From an uncultured Gemmatimonadaceae bacterium (GTDB taxonomy: Bacteria > Gemmatimonadota > Gemmatimonadetes > Gemmatimonadales > Gemmatimonadaceae): a stretch of DNA of 64,000 bases. Positions 61,927-64,000 of the stretch are shown piece after piece. The notes beneath the pieces are model-generated. The model searched no databases. It had not been told where the DNA came from and saw nothing but the letters and a program-made list of their open reading frames with translations. The position numbers were made by a program, and so were the translations under genes. Numbering within the stretch: the first letter of the stretch is position 1; every line of letters begins with the position of its first letter. The stretch lies in assembly GCA_963822945.1 (NCBI GenBank), contig CAWGJO010000006.1, positions 10,712 to 74,711 of the forward strand, read 5' to 3'.

Positions 61927-62753
61927 CTCATGTTCTCCGGTTCGCCACGATCCCGGAGCAAGGTCCGATCGCTCCGATGCAGCGGTCGGCGATCACTTGC
62001 AGGCGCCCGGTGAGGCTTGAGAGCGATCCTTCGCCATTGGCGAGCAGGTGTTGCGTAATCCCGTCGTAATGATCATCCACGCACTGGTCTGGGCAGGAGC
62101 GGCAGGGAGGACAGCATCTCGTGGCAAAGGCTCAGTGAGCCCCCGCGAGAACGCGGGAGTAAATTTTGCCCCGATCGCCATTCTAGGCAAGGGAGGAAAC
62201 GGTAATAAGCGGACCGAAGGCCTATCATTGAAGCACCGACATTGCGCGCGCCGGGGCGGTCGTCAATCCCGTGTTCAGGCCGGGCGCCGTGACAGGACTG
62301 CTGCACGTGCGTCTTACCCTGCACGGCATCGATGCCCTCGTCCAGATCGAACGGTTCACCTTCTCTGAGACGGCCGCTGCCATCGGAGAGGGTGCGGGGG
62401 ACCGCACTTTCGGTGGGTACCTTCTCGACTTCCGTCGTCCTCATGGCGTGGGTGGTGTCCTTGGGAACGAGTGGAGATCCTGCCAGCGATCCACACTCCG
62501 GTACCGCAGTACCAACTGAATTTCCGTAGCCCTGGGGCGTACCTGCAGGCGCACAAAGGAAGTGTAAGGGCCGCCATACGTTCTCGCCAATGGCGTTTCG
62601 CTCGGCGAAGCTCCTCAGCGATGTCGCCGAGGTTCTTCTCTCCCCGGGATGCGGCTGGCGCTAATTTTGGGAACTTCGCCTGCCATATGGCGCAGCTTCC
62701 GCCAAGCCATTAGAATCGCGCGACCGTGTTGGCGGGTCCCAACTGGAGGTAGC

Positions 62754-63557
62754 TTGACCGATCACCTCGCTCGCGTCAAAGGCCGGCTCAAGGCGGCGTT
62801 GGCATGGGTCATATATCGTACCGGGCTCCACCGCTGGCTCTCGAGAGGCCGGGCGTTGATCGTGGTCTTCCATCGCGTGGATGATCGCTATGCGGGCAAC
62901 CCGATCAGCAACACACTCGGCGAGTTCGCGGGCTACCTCGCGTTCTTCAAGCGATTCTACACCGTGATCTCCCTCGGCGAACTGCTCGACCGCCTCCAAC
63001 GAGGCGACGACGTGAGCAGGTGCCTGGTGATCACCTTCGACGACGGGTACCGGGACAACTTCCAGGAAGCCGCGCCGCTGCTGCTGCGTTTCGGCCTGCC
63101 GGCCTGCTTCTTTATGGTCGCCGATTTCATGGGCTCGGACCACGTGGCGTGGTGGGACGAGGAACTTGGCATCAAGTCGGAATGGATGACGTGGGACCAG
63201 GTCCGGGAATTGCATGCGCGGGGCTTCGAAATCGGCGCGCATACCATGAGCCATGTGGATCTCGGCGTCACGGTCGGCGACGAGGCGTTCGACCAAATTG
63301 CCGGATCCAAGGCGCGTCTCGAGTCCGAGCTTGGCAGCCCGGTGACCTTCTTCAGCTATCCGTACGGCCGACGCCAACAGATGCTCGAGGAGAACCGGGA
63401 CGCGGTGCGGCGCGCCGGCCTTGCCTGCTGTCTGTCTGCGTTCGGCGGTGCCGTGCGGTCGGGCGACAGTCTCTACCATCTCAATCGCTCGCCGATCACT
63501 TCCTGGTACCAGTCGCCGTACCAGTTCGGCTTTGCTGCGGTACTCGACCGCACGTGA
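62754..63557 (+). CDS. Polysaccharide deacetylase (NodB/CE4)
   Basis: VFHRV, ITFDDGYRDN, EIGAHTMSH and FSYPYG; GGAGG RBS before TTG. Confidence 0.92.
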   Translation: MTDHLARVKGRLKAALAWVIYRTGLHRWLSRGRALIVVFHRVDDRYAGNPISNTLGEFAGYLAFFKRFYTVISLGELLDRLQRGDDVSRCLVITFDDGYRDNFQEAAPLLLRFGLPACFFMVADFMGSDHVAWWDEELGIKSEWMTWDQVRELHARGFEIGAHTMSHVDLGVTVGDEAFDQIAGSKARLESELGSPVTFFSYPYGRRQQMLEENRDAVRRAGLACCLSAFGGAVRSGDSLYHLNRSPITSWYQSPYQFGFAAVLDRT

Positions 63558-63644
63558 GCCGGGTGCGGGTGGCGCGCTGGGCGTATATTGGCCGCATGCC
63601 GGCCTGCGCCGCTCCTCTAGCCTCCGCCCCGCGGTCAGGGGCCT

Positions 63645-64000
63645 GTGAACGATCGTGCGGCGTGGCCGGCCCTCGTGTTCGGCAGCGGCGTGACGCCGCT
63701 GGGCGTGGTGCGCGCGCTGGCGCATGCAGGAATCCCTGCCTTCGTCGTGTCCGACCGCGACGATTTCGTGCGCCACTCGCGCTGGTACCGCGCGGCGCCC
63801 AGGCGCGCGCAGGACACCAGCCTCGCGGATTATCTCGAAGGGCTCCGCACCCCGCGTGCGATCCTCATTCCGTGTTCCGACTACTGGGTGTCCGCCATAG
63901 CGGCGCTCCCGGCCGGGCTTCGCGAACGCTTTCCTGCGGCGGTCCCGTCGCCCGAGGTGGCGGAGACGCTGGTAGACAAGCTGCGATTCGCCGAGGTGCT
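63645..64000 (+). CDS. ATP-grasp carboxylate-amine ligase (D-aspartate-ligase-like), N-terminal part, truncated by window edge
   Basis: GVTPLGVVRALAHAGIP, HSRW, LIPCSD and LVDKLRF. Confidence 0.75.
   Translation, partial: MNDRAAWPALVFGSGVTPLGVVRALAHAGIPAFVVSDRDDFVRHSRWYRAAPRRAQDTSLADYLEGLRTPRAILIPCSDYWVSAIAALPAGLRERFPAAVPSPEVAETLVDKLRFAEV

Noticed and set aside
62073..62444. RiPP/lasso precursor or small gene between the divergent polysaccharide genes
   Set aside because: There is no recognisable leader motif or adjacent maturase, and coding signal is ambiguous between frames.
62655..62671. Sigma54 promoter TGGCGC-N5-TTGG before the deacetylase
   Set aside because: The invariant -12 GC is absent.

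Overview
High-GC (roughly 70% by eye) bacterial chromosomal window. Gene content and style suggest Gemmatimonadota, which is an inference. About 20 otherwise intact genes are broken by 1-nt frameshifts, typical of an unpolished long-read assembly, so CDS calls are joined across ORF fragments. From 1 to 46.7 kb the genes are mostly housekeeping, transport and metabolic: SSS-nucleotidyltransferase-GHMP kinase operon, mscL, phhA, an N6-MTase plus SNF2 helicase pair, TonB receptor, mntH-usp-mntR, MacB/AttH-type ABC system, acyl-CoA dehydrogenase, mgtE, rnz, tRNA-Ala(CGC) and tRNA-Gln(CTG). A ~5 kb xis-int element is integrated in the tRNA-Gln 3' end, followed by accessory genes and the start of a polysaccharide cluster. 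The most notable non-obvious structures are: (i) a Trp/Tyr-rich 27-aa leader peptide with a complete antiterminator/terminator attenuator upstream of phenylalanine hydroxylase; (ii) two copies of a composite palindromic element built from inverted 16-bp tandem arrays around a conserved core with a GNA-triloop hairpin; (iii) a family of 8-bp tandem arrays, one inserted in frame as a palindrome inside a CDS; (iv) an apparently nuclease-less MTase-SNF2 module.
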